Notes: generated from the letters alone by a model not told the origin. Numbered from the stretch's first letter, positions 36,739-46,366 are shown. The stretch is 64,000 bases of DNA from Spirulina sp. (GCA_044070495.1 JBIPSI010000003.1:32001-96000); one strand, 5' to 3'. Translations and numbers: made by a program.

Positions 36739-37695
36739 ATGGCCAATCGAGCACAGCGCATGATCCAGGTGGCGGAGCGCTATGACCGTCTCACCAGCCG
36801 CGCCGAGGCTTCCGTCGTTGGGGCGATGCATACCGCTATCGACCGGGCCTACCGAGAGCTGGTGATGGAACTGGAACAAGGCTGGAGCGCAATCGCGGCC
36901 AATAAGTCCCTCATTCCCCAGCAGCAACGCCTCCTGTTGATCGACCAACTGGGCGAACTCTTGCAGGTGATCCGCCCTAGCCGTAGGGCCGAGTACGAAA
37001 AGATGTTGGCCGATGCCATTGAGCGAGGCGATGCCCTGGGGGCCGAATACCTGAGCCGGGTCAATGTGGTGCTTCAGCCTAGCGCTGACCAGCGGGCCGC
37101 ACTGGAGGCGACGACGGGGGTGCCGCTGGATGCCCTACGCCATCAGGTCACGGATGGACTACGACGGCTTTACTACCACGGGGGCAACTTGTCTGAGCAA
37201 ATCCCCCTGATCGTAGAGCAAGGACTACTTCAGAACTGGGGCATTCGCCGCACTGCCGCTGCTATCGAATCCACCGCTGGAGTCGTCAAGGCCCAGGCTG
37301 AAACCATTGCTCGCACCCAGGTGATGGGTGCCTTCAACGGAGCTACGCGATCCCGGCTGATCGAAAGCGATAGCTGGGCGCAGTGGATTGCCGTTGGCGA
37401 CTCTCGCACCTGTCCGGCCTGCTCCTACCGCAATACGCGGGTCTACAAACCACGGGACATCGAGATTCCGTGCCATGCCCGATGCCGTTGCATCCTGTCT
37501 CCCATGCGCCGAGACTGGTTGAACGACCCAGACTTCTTCAGCGACGATGATCTGGCTGAGATGGAACGATATCGGCAAGAAGGCTTAGATGCCCTCGCCA
37601 CCACCGGGAAGAAGCCCCGTCCTGGTGCGCCCTTCGATCCCAATAAAAAACCACCCCGGCCCGTTTGGACACCGGGGCAGTTTAGGCCCACTTGA
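36739..37695 (+). CDS. Phage head morphogenesis protein (Mu gpF / SPP1 gp7-like)
   Basis: AETIARTQ, WIAVGDSRTCPAC, PCHARCRC. Confidence 0.85.
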   Translation: MANRAQRMIQVAERYDRLTSRAEASVVGAMHTAIDRAYRELVMELEQGWSAIAANKSLIPQQQRLLLIDQLGELLQVIRPSRRAEYEKMLADAIERGDALGAEYLSRVNVVLQPSADQRAALEATTGVPLDALRHQVTDGLRRLYYHGGNLSEQIPLIVEQGLLQNWGIRRTAAAIESTAGVVKAQAETIARTQVMGAFNGATRSRLIESDSWAQWIAVGDSRTCPACSYRNTRVYKPRDIEIPCHARCRCILSPMRRDWLNDPDFFSDDDLAEMERYRQEGLDALATTGKKPRPGAPFDPNKKPPRPVWTPGQFRPT

Positions 37696-37720
37696 AAATG
37701 GCAACACCGTTGCCGATTTA
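37694..37720. repeat. GGCAAC-N3-GTTGCC palindrome, copy 3
   Basis: GAAAAT-GGCAAC-ACC-GTTGCC-GATTTA between convergent stop codons. Confidence 0.8.
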
Positions 37721-38104
37721 GAACGGTGGTTCGATGCTCTCATGATCAATCGCGGATTGCTCTGCGAGGGCATTGAGGGCAGCGCTGAAGGCGGCGATGG
37801 CATAGCTGGAGTCGCTTTCCCTTCGGTATAGGAGTCCTCCACATCGGCCAAAGGCTTCGACGGTGATCCGGTGGCCCTGGGTGCGCCAGCGAATTAGATA
37901 AACGTCAATCCAAGCGCTACCTTCGGGTTTGCCGTAGAACTTTTGCAGGTATTGCTTGAAGAAGGGTTCGACTACCCTCACATCACCCAGGCTGTTGGTC
38001 ATGACCTCAATGCAGTGAGCGGCACTCTCCGGCCATGGCAGGTCAGGATCGGAGCGATACTCGATAACTTCGCAGGCATCGTTGAAGAAAATCCACAGCA
38101 TCAT
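37718..38104 (-). CDS. Hypothetical protein (leftward insertion in head module)
   Basis: ORF overlapping the stop of the upstream leftward gene. Confidence 0.55.
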   Translation of the reverse strand: MMLWIFFNDACEVIEYRSDPDLPWPESAAHCIEVMTNSLGDVRVVEPFFKQYLQKFYGKPEGSAWIDVYLIRWRTQGHRITVEAFGRCGGLLYRRESDSSYAIAAFSAALNALAEQSAIDHESIEPPF

Positions 38105-38397
38105 GACCGTTGACCTTCCTTCACCTTGGCGGTGGCAGAGCGCGACTTACCCGACCCACCAATAGCACGACGGCTCTGCCGGGATGACGTGGTTGCTCGT
38201 TGTGTCCGTGCTGGGGTTGCCGGGACACCCTCAGTCAGGGCAACGGGTTTGGCCGTCGCCTCCGCTGCCTCCGCCAATAGTTCCGGTAGGCTGGGCAGAT
38301 CAATGTCAGGAATGTCGCTGGGGCGAGAATCACTGCCCCGCAGCCACAGAACACCGACAATCGCGATTGCATAACAAACAAAATCAAAGGCTTCCAT
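38101..38397 (-). CDS. Small membrane-anchored hypothetical protein
   Basis: AGGAG-N8-ATG at 38397, hydrophobic FVCYAIAIVGVLWL segment. Confidence 0.5.
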   Translation of the reverse strand: MEAFDFVCYAIAIVGVLWLRGSDSRPSDIPDIDLPSLPELLAEAAEATAKPVALTEGVPATPARTQRATTSSRQSRRAIGGSGKSRSATAKVKEGQRS

Positions 38398-38485
38398 CTC
38401 GAAGACTCCTGTCCGACGATTGGCAATACTCAAAAATCTGAACGTCGCTTCTACTTCGGCGACCACCCCCTCTCCCTTGGGGCTG

Positions 38486-38505
38486 TTTATATAATACATC
38501 GGAGC
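38486..38505 (-). promoter_or_regulatory. Partial copy P-D of the early-promoter repeat
   Basis: TTTATATAATACATCGGAGC identical to part of the P-A/P-C core. Confidence 0.7.
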
Positions 38506-38609
38506 AGGCTAGAGCGGGACTGTTTCCAGAAATTTATAAACGGGATACGATTCTCGCATTGCCTGAGCGGGATGTGCCTAGAATCGGGTCGGAGAGTTTG
38601 GTGAACATC

Positions 38610-39362
38610 ATGGACATAGCGGTTGCAATCGCGACGATCAACGGTAGTGAGTTGGGCCAGAAGGCGGAGGTGGTAGCGGCCATCGAGGCGCTACGTACTG
38701 AGCTATCTACGGCTAAGGCGCAGGTTGACGGATTGACGGAGGAACGTAGCAAGCTGGCTGAGAACAACGCGGGTCTCCTGGCCCAGAAGGCCAACGCCAA
38801 TGCTCGACTTAAGGATCTAGAAAAGAAGATCTCGGAGTTGACTGCCGTCATCGCAACGGATGGCGAGGATCAGGATGCCACCCTAGAACGGCTCAAAGGA
38901 CTGGGTGAGGAATTGCAGCAGGCTAAGGCCGACCTTGCCAATGCGCAGCAGCGGGAGGCGGAGGCGATTGCGGCTAAGGCGGGCCTAGAGCAACAACTGG
39001 TCTATCGGGACGCTGGCGCTAAGCTGGGCGTTGAAACGGTTGTTTTTGAGAAACTGCTGGAGCTGCCCGGTGATCGCATCATCATCGATGACGATGGCGT
39101 GAAGGTCAGGGGCGAGGGCGACGACGCTAAGCTCGTTCCCTTTGACGACTATCTTGCCACCCAGACCGAGGCGGTTCAACGCATGGTCAAGCTGGCCATG
39201 GGCGGCACCGATAGCAACGGTCAACCTGTTAGCGGGACAGCACCGAATGGCCGTAAACCTGGCCCCAGTGCTCCACCCACCAGCGGCAAGCCTAAGCCCT
39301 CGGCAACCGAGGCTGTCGAAGCCCTTGGGTTTAAGGGGCCAGCGTTCCAAAGAAAAGGTTAA
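38610..39362 (+). CDS. Putative capsid scaffolding protein
   Basis: Long coiled coil with low-complexity C-terminus, upstream of capsid genes. Confidence 0.6.
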   Translation: MDIAVAIATINGSELGQKAEVVAAIEALRTELSTAKAQVDGLTEERSKLAENNAGLLAQKANANARLKDLEKKISELTAVIATDGEDQDATLERLKGLGEELQQAKADLANAQQREAEAIAAKAGLEQQLVYRDAGAKLGVETVVFEKLLELPGDRIIIDDDGVKVRGEGDDAKLVPFDDYLATQTEAVQRMVKLAMGGTDSNGQPVSGTAPNGRKPGPSAPPTSGKPKPSATEAVEALGFKGPAFQRKG

Positions 39363-39484
39363 TTCCAGGGATCGCGGCGAAAGATGTTCGATAGGATGAA
39401 GGGGCCAGCGGCTAAGTAGCGGCTGGTTCTGGCTGTGTAGCCACCCTGGCCGAGTATCGGCTGTTGTCCCGAAGGGTTGATGCT

Positions 39485-40153
39485 ATGCAGACCAAACCAA
39501 AAATTAACTGGTCAGATATTGAGTATTCTTCGCCGCCGTGGATGGGTACGCCCCAGGTGGCCGATAAGGTATTGCTACCCGGTGGCGCTACGTTGAATCC
39601 CAGCGCCTTTGACGGATCGTTCACCCTCACGATTGCGGCGGAGGCCGTGGCGGATGGTGCCACCGTTCTATCTGTGACCTGCCCTGAAACGAAGCTTGTG
39701 CCCAAGGGTACGGTGCTCGCCTTCGCAGTGGGTGAGACGGTCGCCACCGACGTGATCGTAACCGCTGACCATACCGTTGGCCCCATCGTCTCCAACTTGC
39801 CCGTCACGGGGATTGGCTCCGAAGCAAAGCCTGCGGCGGGCATGACCGTCACGTTGCCTGCCATTGCGGGACGACACCTGGTTGAGTCTGGCATCCTGGT
39901 GGGTCGCACCTACGCGGAGCGGGCGGCGGGTCTAGGCTACCGTCCGGTCACGGTCGATAACCTGTCCGCCATGGAGCAGATCTACCTGCTAGCCTTTCCG
40001 TTGCCAGACGTATGGGACTCGAACTTTGCTGAGCTATACATGCACGGCAATGTCGTCTACGAAGATAAGCTCCCTGGCTTCACCGACTTGGCCGCTACCG
40101 TACAGGCCAAGATCCGCGACTTGTATGTCTGCATCTTGTTTGGAGGTGAGTAG
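39485..40153 (+). CDS. Putative head decoration protein
   Basis: Immediately before the major capsid gene; LLPGGA.L, VESGILVGRT and VVYEDKLP segments. Confidence 0.55.
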   Translation: MQTKPKINWSDIEYSSPPWMGTPQVADKVLLPGGATLNPSAFDGSFTLTIAAEAVADGATVLSVTCPETKLVPKGTVLAFAVGETVATDVIVTADHTVGPIVSNLPVTGIGSEAKPAAGMTVTLPAIAGRHLVESGILVGRTYAERAAGLGYRPVTVDNLSAMEQIYLLAFPLPDVWDSNFAELYMHGNVVYEDKLPGFTDLAATVQAKIRDLYVCILFGGE

Positions 40154-40155
40154 CC

Positions 40156-41292
40156 ATGGCTGACCTATACCAACTGTGGGCCAACCTCCTAGAAGAGGAA
40201 TTTCCAGATCGGGTGATGGCCAGCCCTGCCATTCAGTTTGGGACAGACCGCAAGCGTTACCTCGGTGCTGAGCTACTGCCAGAACAACTCGTTGACCGGA
40301 ACGAATATACCGAAACGAAGGTGGTCTTCAAGACCTTCCCCGCCCTGGATGGCACCCGGTACAGTGAACCGAAAATGCAGGGGCAACAGCTCGTTGGTTC
40401 GTTCCGCGTCACCCTGGGCGAAGTGGATACGGCCTCCCAACTTACGGGGAATGATTTAGATGTTCTGATGCGGGTGGCGGAACGTGACCCGGCGCAGGCC
40501 GTGCGGCGGCTGCGTTCTTGGATCATCAATATGTTTCCGGTGTCCTTGGCGGAGAAGGCCGAGATTCAACGCTGGCAAGCCTTTGTGGATGCCGCCGTGC
40601 CCATCAAAGGCCAGGACGGCAACGACGAGGTGATCCAATTGCCTAATCCCCATGGCCACCGTCGCACCATCCTTGGCGGTACCCTCAATAGCCCCGCTGG
40701 ATGGTACGGCTCGGATTACGACCCCATTGATGACTTCATGGCTGTGCGTTCCCTAGCGGCGAGTAAAGGCTACACAATTCGGCGCATCGTGGGCGACTCC
40801 GACATCACCATGGCCATCGCCACCAATGACATCATGCGCTCCCGCGTTTCCGGTACCTTGCGGATTGACGGGGGCACCCTGGTGTCCTTGGGGGGTGGCA
40901 TTCTGTCCCTGGCCCAGGTCAATGCCTACCTCGGCAGCAACTACGGCCTTCCCGCCATCGAAGAGTACGACACGACCTATAACTCACTCGCGGCTCCTGG
41001 TCAGGCGTTCTTCAAGCCACGGGGCGCGTTGTGCTTTTTCTGTACAACGGGGCGGGATGCGGAGTTCATCTCCGGTGACGATACCGTGGACTATGAAATT
41101 ATCCCGGATACCCTGGGCTACTACGCCATCGGCACCGCCGTGGGTCAGACCAGCCCCGGCAAGGTATTTGGCAGTGAGGTGAAGACGATGAAGCCCGTGG
41201 GCATCTATGGGCAAGGGTTCCAAACCTCATTTCCGGTGGTGACTGAACCCGAAGCCGTCTTTGTGCTCCATATTGGCAAGCCAGAAGACTAA
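40156..41292 (+). CDS. Major capsid protein (lambda gpE-like)
   Basis: 378 aa, GGAGG RBS, RYLGAELLPE, E.QRWQA, LPAIEEYD, TSFPV..EPEAV. Confidence 0.75.
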   Translation: MADLYQLWANLLEEEFPDRVMASPAIQFGTDRKRYLGAELLPEQLVDRNEYTETKVVFKTFPALDGTRYSEPKMQGQQLVGSFRVTLGEVDTASQLTGNDLDVLMRVAERDPAQAVRRLRSWIINMFPVSLAEKAEIQRWQAFVDAAVPIKGQDGNDEVIQLPNPHGHRRTILGGTLNSPAGWYGSDYDPIDDFMAVRSLAASKGYTIRRIVGDSDITMAIATNDIMRSRVSGTLRIDGGTLVSLGGGILSLAQVNAYLGSNYGLPAIEEYDTTYNSLAAPGQAFFKPRGALCFFCTTGRDAEFISGDDTVDYEIIPDTLGYYAIGTAVGQTSPGKVFGSEVKTMKPVGIYGQGFQTSFPVVTEPEAVFVLHIGKPED

Positions 41293-41645
41293 TGTTCCAG
41301 ACCCAACTCTCTACCGCCTATGGCTGGCGGGGCAGGCTCTATGGCCCTGGCCCTGCCAGCATTCCTGACGATCTAGCCAGGGTCATGGGGCTGCTGCCGA
41401 CGACCCCAGATTCGGCCCCCGCGCCGCCCCCGCCCCCAGTTGCGCCCCCGGCCCTAGCCCTAATCAACGCGGCTGATAAGCCGCGAACCCTCGCCGTCAT
41501 TCCAACCATTGGCCCCAAGGCGGGGGCTATCATCCTGGAGCAGCGGCCCGTGGATGGCTACGCTGGGCTATCGGTGCTGCCCCCCGCCATCTTTGACCCA
41601 CCCTTTAACTGCGACCTGGCCCAGATTGAATCCTGGGAGGGCTAA
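41292..41645 (+). CDS. Small protein with helix-hairpin-helix motif
   Basis: LINAA....L..IPTIGPKAG..ILEQRP..GY (ComEA-like HhH). Confidence 0.6.
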   Translation: MFQTQLSTAYGWRGRLYGPGPASIPDDLARVMGLLPTTPDSAPAPPPPPVAPPALALINAADKPRTLAVIPTIGPKAGAIILEQRPVDGYAGLSVLPPAIFDPPFNCDLAQIESWEG

Positions 41646-41647
41646 CC

Positions 41648-42082
41648 ATGGCCTACCTTGAAAAGTCAGCCGCCCTCGCCGCTGTCCTAGAACTGCCCGC
41701 CGTGCGCTCCTTGCCCACCGAGCCAGATCATGGGTTTCTTGATACGCTCCTGATCGCCAGCGCCGGACGACCACGGGCCACCCTCACGCGCAACGGCGTC
41801 CTCTTTGCCCAGGGCACCACCGTCTACCGCCATTACTTTGTCGGAGCGCGGTTCCTCGAAACCCTCCGCTCTCAGCACGTCCTGGAGTCGGGGCAGGGGG
41901 CAAAGTTCACGGGGCTGAAGGTACCCATCGCCTCGTTGATGGCACTTCAGAACGGGGACGACCTTAGCCTCAACCTGGAGGTACCCCACGGCTATGAGGC
42001 CGTCGCCGTCACCATGGCCCAGAGCACAGGCGCTAAGCCCTTCATTGCCAGTCGTTCATCGACCACAACCCTACGCCCGTAG
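41648..42082 (+). CDS. Putative head-tail adaptor
   Basis: Size and position after capsid; GGAGG RBS. Confidence 0.45.
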   Translation: MAYLEKSAALAAVLELPAVRSLPTEPDHGFLDTLLIASAGRPRATLTRNGVLFAQGTTVYRHYFVGARFLETLRSQHVLESGQGAKFTGLKVPIASLMALQNGDDLSLNLEVPHGYEAVAVTMAQSTGAKPFIASRSSTTTLRP

Positions 42083-42144
42083 CCCAACCCGCTGGGATCG
42101 CCGCAGTTCCTCAAGCGGCGGCCTGAGTTGCCCGTTAATCGTTA

Positions 42145-42171
42145 TGTTTTGGCAACGCCGTTGCCGATTTG
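42145..42171. repeat. GGCAAC-N3-GTTGCC palindrome, copy 4
   Basis: TGTTTT-GGCAAC-GCC-GTTGCC-GATTTG. Confidence 0.8.
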
Positions 42172-42173
42172 TT

Positions 42174-42578
42174 GTGTCTCAGTCTCCCTTTGCTGGCTTC
42201 AATCTCAGTACCCTGATCTTTCAGATTGGGGACGGGGTACCTGATGTGGATGAGACGGGTAACTTTGTTGCCCCCGCTCGAACCATGACCGTGAAGGCGT
42301 TTCTCATGCCAGCGAACCGCCAGGGGCGCATCCAGATGGTGCCAGGGGAGATCTTGAACCAGCAGGAGCTAGTTGGGCGCTTTGTAGAACCGTTTCGACA
42401 GCCTGCTGATCTACTGCCCGGAATGCGGGCTGAGGCGGTGGTGAATGGCATTCATGGCTCATTTGTGTTGGCGCTATCTGTCCCGGACTCCCTGGGGATT
42501 GGCGACCAACTGGGCGACCCCATTACCGGACTCTTTTCGGTGACGACTAACCGAGGCAGCTTCTATGGTGAGCATTAG
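42174..42578 (+). CDS. Putative head closure protein (start uncertain)
   Basis: PDVDETGNFV...VKAFL beta-rich pattern; position in the neck module. Confidence 0.45.
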   Translation: MSQSPFAGFNLSTLIFQIGDGVPDVDETGNFVAPARTMTVKAFLMPANRQGRIQMVPGEILNQQELVGRFVEPFRQPADLLPGMRAEAVVNGIHGSFVLALSVPDSLGIGDQLGDPITGLFSVTTNRGSFYGEH

Positions 42579-42993
42579 GGTCGATGTGGAAAAGACCGCC
42601 CTAGACGGCAAGCTTCAGCGGGCGGTGGCCAAACTCACCAGCCTCGACGCGATGCTCACCGAGTTTGGCGAGATGGGCGAGGCCGCAGCTAAGCAATCCT
42701 TCCCCAGTGGTGCGACACCGGGCGGTGCGGCCTGGGCCAGCCTACGCCCCTCCACCCTACGTCGAAAAAGCAGTGGGCGGCTGATGTGGGAGACGGGGGC
42801 ACTGGCGGCTAGCTTCCTGGATAAGCCTCCCAGCGGCAATGCCGTTGAGGTGTGTAGCGAGGGCGTTCCCTATGCCACCTACCATCACACAGGCACCCGC
42901 AAAATGGCACAGCGGCGATCTCTGCCCCTGCCATCTTACCTACGCCCCAAGATGGCCGTGATCGCGAAGCGGCACCTGGCCACCCTCCTATAA
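42565..42993 (+). CDS. Phage virion morphogenesis protein (Mu gpG / P2 gpS-like)
   Basis: PGGAAWASLRPST, L.ETGAL..S, YATYHH.GTRKMAQR. Confidence 0.8.
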   Translation: MVSIRVDVEKTALDGKLQRAVAKLTSLDAMLTEFGEMGEAAAKQSFPSGATPGGAAWASLRPSTLRRKSSGRLMWETGALAASFLDKPPSGNAVEVCSEGVPYATYHHTGTRKMAQRRSLPLPSYLRPKMAVIAKRHLATLL

Positions 42994-43055
42994 AAAAGCC
43001 TCGACTGGGGCCGAGGCTGGTGCGTGGTATGGCGTAATGAATTAGCCTTCCCTTA

Positions 43056-43853
43056 GTGTATCCCGAACTCGAAATGCTCTTAGAGTTGCACTTGGCCATT
43101 CTGAATCGCCTGCGCCCGCTCCAGGACGCTGCGCCGGGGCTTCAGCTTAGTTTGATGCCAGAGAGTCCTAATGCTTTCTTGCGGGCCGTCCAGGGCAGTC
43201 GGGCGGTGCTGCTGAACCACGAGAGCCGCTTTGAGCCGGAGGATGTTCATCGCTCTCAACCCTGGCAGGTGGGCTTTACCCTGGAGCTGCGCCTACCCTC
43301 CAACTGGAATGAATCTGGCATGATTGCCGTCCTCGAAGCGGCTCTACGGTTGCTGGTGGGCTATCGTCCACCCCAGGCCCACCAGCGTCTAGTGCTGGAA
43401 CGGGCCAGCCTGAGCGGAGAATATGAGCAGTTCTGGGTACAGCAGATTACCTTCTGGGTGCCGTGCCGCCTGCGACCCGATGAGCCAGAGGTGGCCGCGC
43501 TAGAGATCGCTACCCTAATTCGTCGGATTCAAGGACTCTCCCCAGCGGGGGCCACCACCCTCGACGTGCAGATCCCAGGCCCAGAGGTGAACCCACCTAC
43601 GGCTATCTCAGCGGTTCGCGAGGCGGGGGCGGTGTCTTTCACCTGGGATCCGCCAGAGCCTAGCGAGGGTCACTCCCAGGTGGGCTATGTAGCCCAAGCC
43701 TGGGTCGGCCATCAGTGGACTCACAGCGCCGTGCTGCCCGCCACGGCGACCCAGCATTTCTTTGCCGACCCCAGCAGCCACATCTCGCAGGTGCGGGTTC
43801 TGGCGATGTGGCCCTTGGAAAATTCTGCCTTCAGTACCGTTGAGGTTGACTAG
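43056..43853 (+). CDS. Gp37-like tail completion protein with C-terminal fibronectin type III-like domain
   Basis: N-terminal LEAALRLLVGYRP; C-terminal PPTAISA......FTWDPP.......GY...QVRVLA......S.FS. Confidence 0.55.
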   Translation: MYPELEMLLELHLAILNRLRPLQDAAPGLQLSLMPESPNAFLRAVQGSRAVLLNHESRFEPEDVHRSQPWQVGFTLELRLPSNWNESGMIAVLEAALRLLVGYRPPQAHQRLVLERASLSGEYEQFWVQQITFWVPCRLRPDEPEVAALEIATLIRRIQGLSPAGATTLDVQIPGPEVNPPTAISAVREAGAVSFTWDPPEPSEGHSQVGYVAQAWVGHQWTHSAVLPATATQHFFADPSSHISQVRVLAMWPLENSAFSTVEVD

Positions 43854-43897
43854 GGCAGCCGTCCAGCCTTAGCCCCCGGTGGGCTTCGTAGTGGTCA

Positions 43898-44407
43898 TCA
43901 GGGCTGATCAAGAGGCTCGAAGAACTCAGGGAATAGGTCATACTCGGTCATGCCGAAGACCTTGGCTAGGACGGCTCTGGTGGGCTGGTGAGCAAATTTG
44001 TTGCCCCGCTCCAGGGCTGATATTTCAGCGTCCCGCATATTGCGGCGGTAGTGGTTGCGGCGACACTTCTCCGCAACCTCAGCCTGCGTCCAGCCCCGCC
44101 CGATGCGCTCGTCCCGCATGGTTAGGCAGGCGATTGCGTACTCAGGAAAAATCTGCTTCAGGGAACTGGACAGGACGGTGGCGATATTGGCGCGTAGGGT
44201 ATCGGGCAGCAACACTTCCCCTCGTTTGGCCTGGTTGATGAGTCGGGCATCAATGGCGATCTGTCGTCCACCACTGCGAATGTAACGGCGTTGAAACCGA
44301 ACATGCAGTAACAAGACCAGCTTTTGGGAGTTCCACCCCCGAAGACTCAATTCTTTTCCCAGCGTTTTGCAGGCGGGATACTTTTCAATTGTGGCAACAG
44401 TTCCCAT
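43898..44407 (-). CDS. XRE-family HTH regulator
   Basis: MRDERIGRGWTQAEVAEK...EISALERG......LAKVFG. Confidence 0.75.
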   Translation of the reverse strand: MGTVATIEKYPACKTLGKELSLRGWNSQKLVLLLHVRFQRRYIRSGGRQIAIDARLINQAKRGEVLLPDTLRANIATVLSSSLKQIFPEYAIACLTMRDERIGRGWTQAEVAEKCRRNHYRRNMRDAEISALERGNKFAHQPTRAVLAKVFGMTEYDLFPEFFEPLDQP

Positions 44408-44506
44408 AGTTTAATCACGTATTCCTAAATTCCACTCAGTTTAATCAGAGTATTGCACCTTAAAGTCTTGCCCGTTAAGGTTTCTCAAGACCTCCATGGC
44501 CAGATC

Positions 44507-44773
44507 ATGCCTACCCCTAAGACCACTTACACCTACTTTGGGCCAACGGTGCGTATCCCGAATCCTAGCCATCCTTCGGATCTGTTGCTCCTACGCGGGG
44601 GCCAATCCTATGTTTTGCCCGAAGGTTCGCTGCCGGGGCTGATGGATGACTCGCGCTCGATGGACGTTGGCAAGCTTGTCCTCACCCCTAAACCGACACC
44701 CAAGACCACTACTCCCAAGGCAATGTCGCCTGCCCCCGCGCCCCCCAAAGGCAAACCCGACAACGATAAGTAG
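44507..44773 (+). CDS. Small tail-region protein
   Basis: ORF just upstream of the sheath gene (MPTPKTTYTYFGP). Confidence 0.45.
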   Translation: MPTPKTTYTYFGPTVRIPNPSHPSDLLLLRGGQSYVLPEGSLPGLMDDSRSMDVGKLVLTPKPTPKTTTPKAMSPAPAPPKGKPDNDK

Positions 44774-44819
44774 CCTGCAATTGCGCCACCTTAGACCCAC
44801 CTCACTCCCCTAATTCCCC

Positions 44820-46331
44820 ATGGCCAACACCGACTTTTTGCACGGGATTGACTACATCCATGACCCCAACATCATCACGCCAGTGCGTTATCCTCGCTCC
44901 GGGGTGATTGGGTTGATTGGCTCGGCCCCGATTCACCTCGTCGATCCCGAATTTCAGACCCCCAACCAGCCCATCATGGTGGCCTCCTACCGTGAGGCTG
45001 TCCAGAAGTTTGGGCCGATCCAGACGGGATCTGAGGGCTGGACGTTGCCCAATGCGCTGGAGGCCGTTTACATGCAGGGCGTGGCCCTGTGCATCGTAGT
45101 CAATGTTTGGAACCCAACTAAGGCGGGCCACTTTGCCCAGGTCGAGAACGAGGCCATCACGCTGGTGGACGGTCTCGCTACCCTAAGCCAGTCGTCGGTG
45201 TACTCGGTGGTGGTGAAGTACGGGGCTGAGTTTGCGACCACGGCGGTGCGGGATGTGGACTACCGCCTGAACCCCGTGGCAGGAACCCTGGAGGCGTTGC
45301 CCGATGGTGCTCTGACCCCAGATGCTGCACTTCAGGTTAGCTTTTGCTACGCGACTCCAGAAGGGGTTGCCCCCGCTGACATTGCAGGAACCATTACCTC
45401 CGGCGGCGTTCGTACCGGGCTTCATGCCTTTGAGGACTGCCACCACCTATTTGGCTTCAATGCTCGGCTGTTGGCGGCACCGGGATGGAGCTACACCACC
45501 GAGGTGTCTGAGGCGCTGATCGCCCTCGCCGATAAGACCCTGGCCCATGCCGCGATTGATGCGCCCCTGGGCGTTACAACGACCGAGGCCATCAGCGGGC
45601 GTAACTCCACCAGTGGGCCAGTCACCAACTTTAAGGTGAGCGATGGGCGGGCGGTGCTTTGTTTCCCCCATCTCAAAAACCTGCGGGGGGACATCGTGCC
45701 CCTCTCAGCCTACTGGGCCGGTGTGGCGGCGCGGACTCAGGCTGAGTTTGGCTTTTGGTGGTCGCCCTCGAATAAGCCCATCCGAGGCATCAGCGGCGCG
45801 GAACGTCCCCTCACCTCGACCTACACCAGTTCCAACTCCGACATCCAATTGCTGAATGAGGCGGGTATTGTGACCGTCTTCGGGATTTCACCCATCGATA
45901 GTTTCGCGACGGGCTATCGGCTCTGGGGCAACCGGGCCAGCTCATGGCCTGCGGATACCAGCCCCCGCAGCTTCATCGCCGTGCAAATTATCGAAGACCA
46001 GATTCGTATTGGCCTGGAGCGGGCCATCCTTCAGTACGTTGATCGCCCCTTCAACCGAGCCATCGTTGGCTTCATCCTGCAAACCATGAACCTCTATCTC
46101 CAGCGGATGAAGTCCAGGGGCATCCTACTGGGGGGCCGCGCCTTCTTCGATGACCAGGACAACCCCGTTGACCAACTGGCCCTGGGTCACATTGTTGTTC
46201 GCCTCGACCAGGCAGGCCCACCCCCCCTAGAGCGCATCACCATCATGGCTCGATACAACGAACAATACCTGGCCCTAGAAGCGCGGGAAGTGAGTCGGGC
46301 CACGATGGATCGCGGTCGCCTGCCCGCCTAG
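44820..46331 (+). CDS. Contractile tail sheath protein
   Basis: FLHGI, VIGLIGSAP, RTGLHA, LLAAPG, GFWWSPSN, LNEAGI.T, RLWGNR, PPLERI. Confidence 0.92.
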   Translation: MANTDFLHGIDYIHDPNIITPVRYPRSGVIGLIGSAPIHLVDPEFQTPNQPIMVASYREAVQKFGPIQTGSEGWTLPNALEAVYMQGVALCIVVNVWNPTKAGHFAQVENEAITLVDGLATLSQSSVYSVVVKYGAEFATTAVRDVDYRLNPVAGTLEALPDGALTPDAALQVSFCYATPEGVAPADIAGTITSGGVRTGLHAFEDCHHLFGFNARLLAAPGWSYTTEVSEALIALADKTLAHAAIDAPLGVTTTEAISGRNSTSGPVTNFKVSDGRAVLCFPHLKNLRGDIVPLSAYWAGVAARTQAEFGFWWSPSNKPIRGISGAERPLTSTYTSSNSDIQLLNEAGIVTVFGISPIDSFATGYRLWGNRASSWPADTSPRSFIAVQIIEDQIRIGLERAILQYVDRPFNRAIVGFILQTMNLYLQRMKSRGILLGGRAFFDDQDNPVDQLALGHIVVRLDQAGPPPLERITIMARYNEQYLALEAREVSRATMDRGRLPA

Positions 46332-46366
46332 CCCTGCCACTGCCCTGATTGAACAAAGGACGTACC

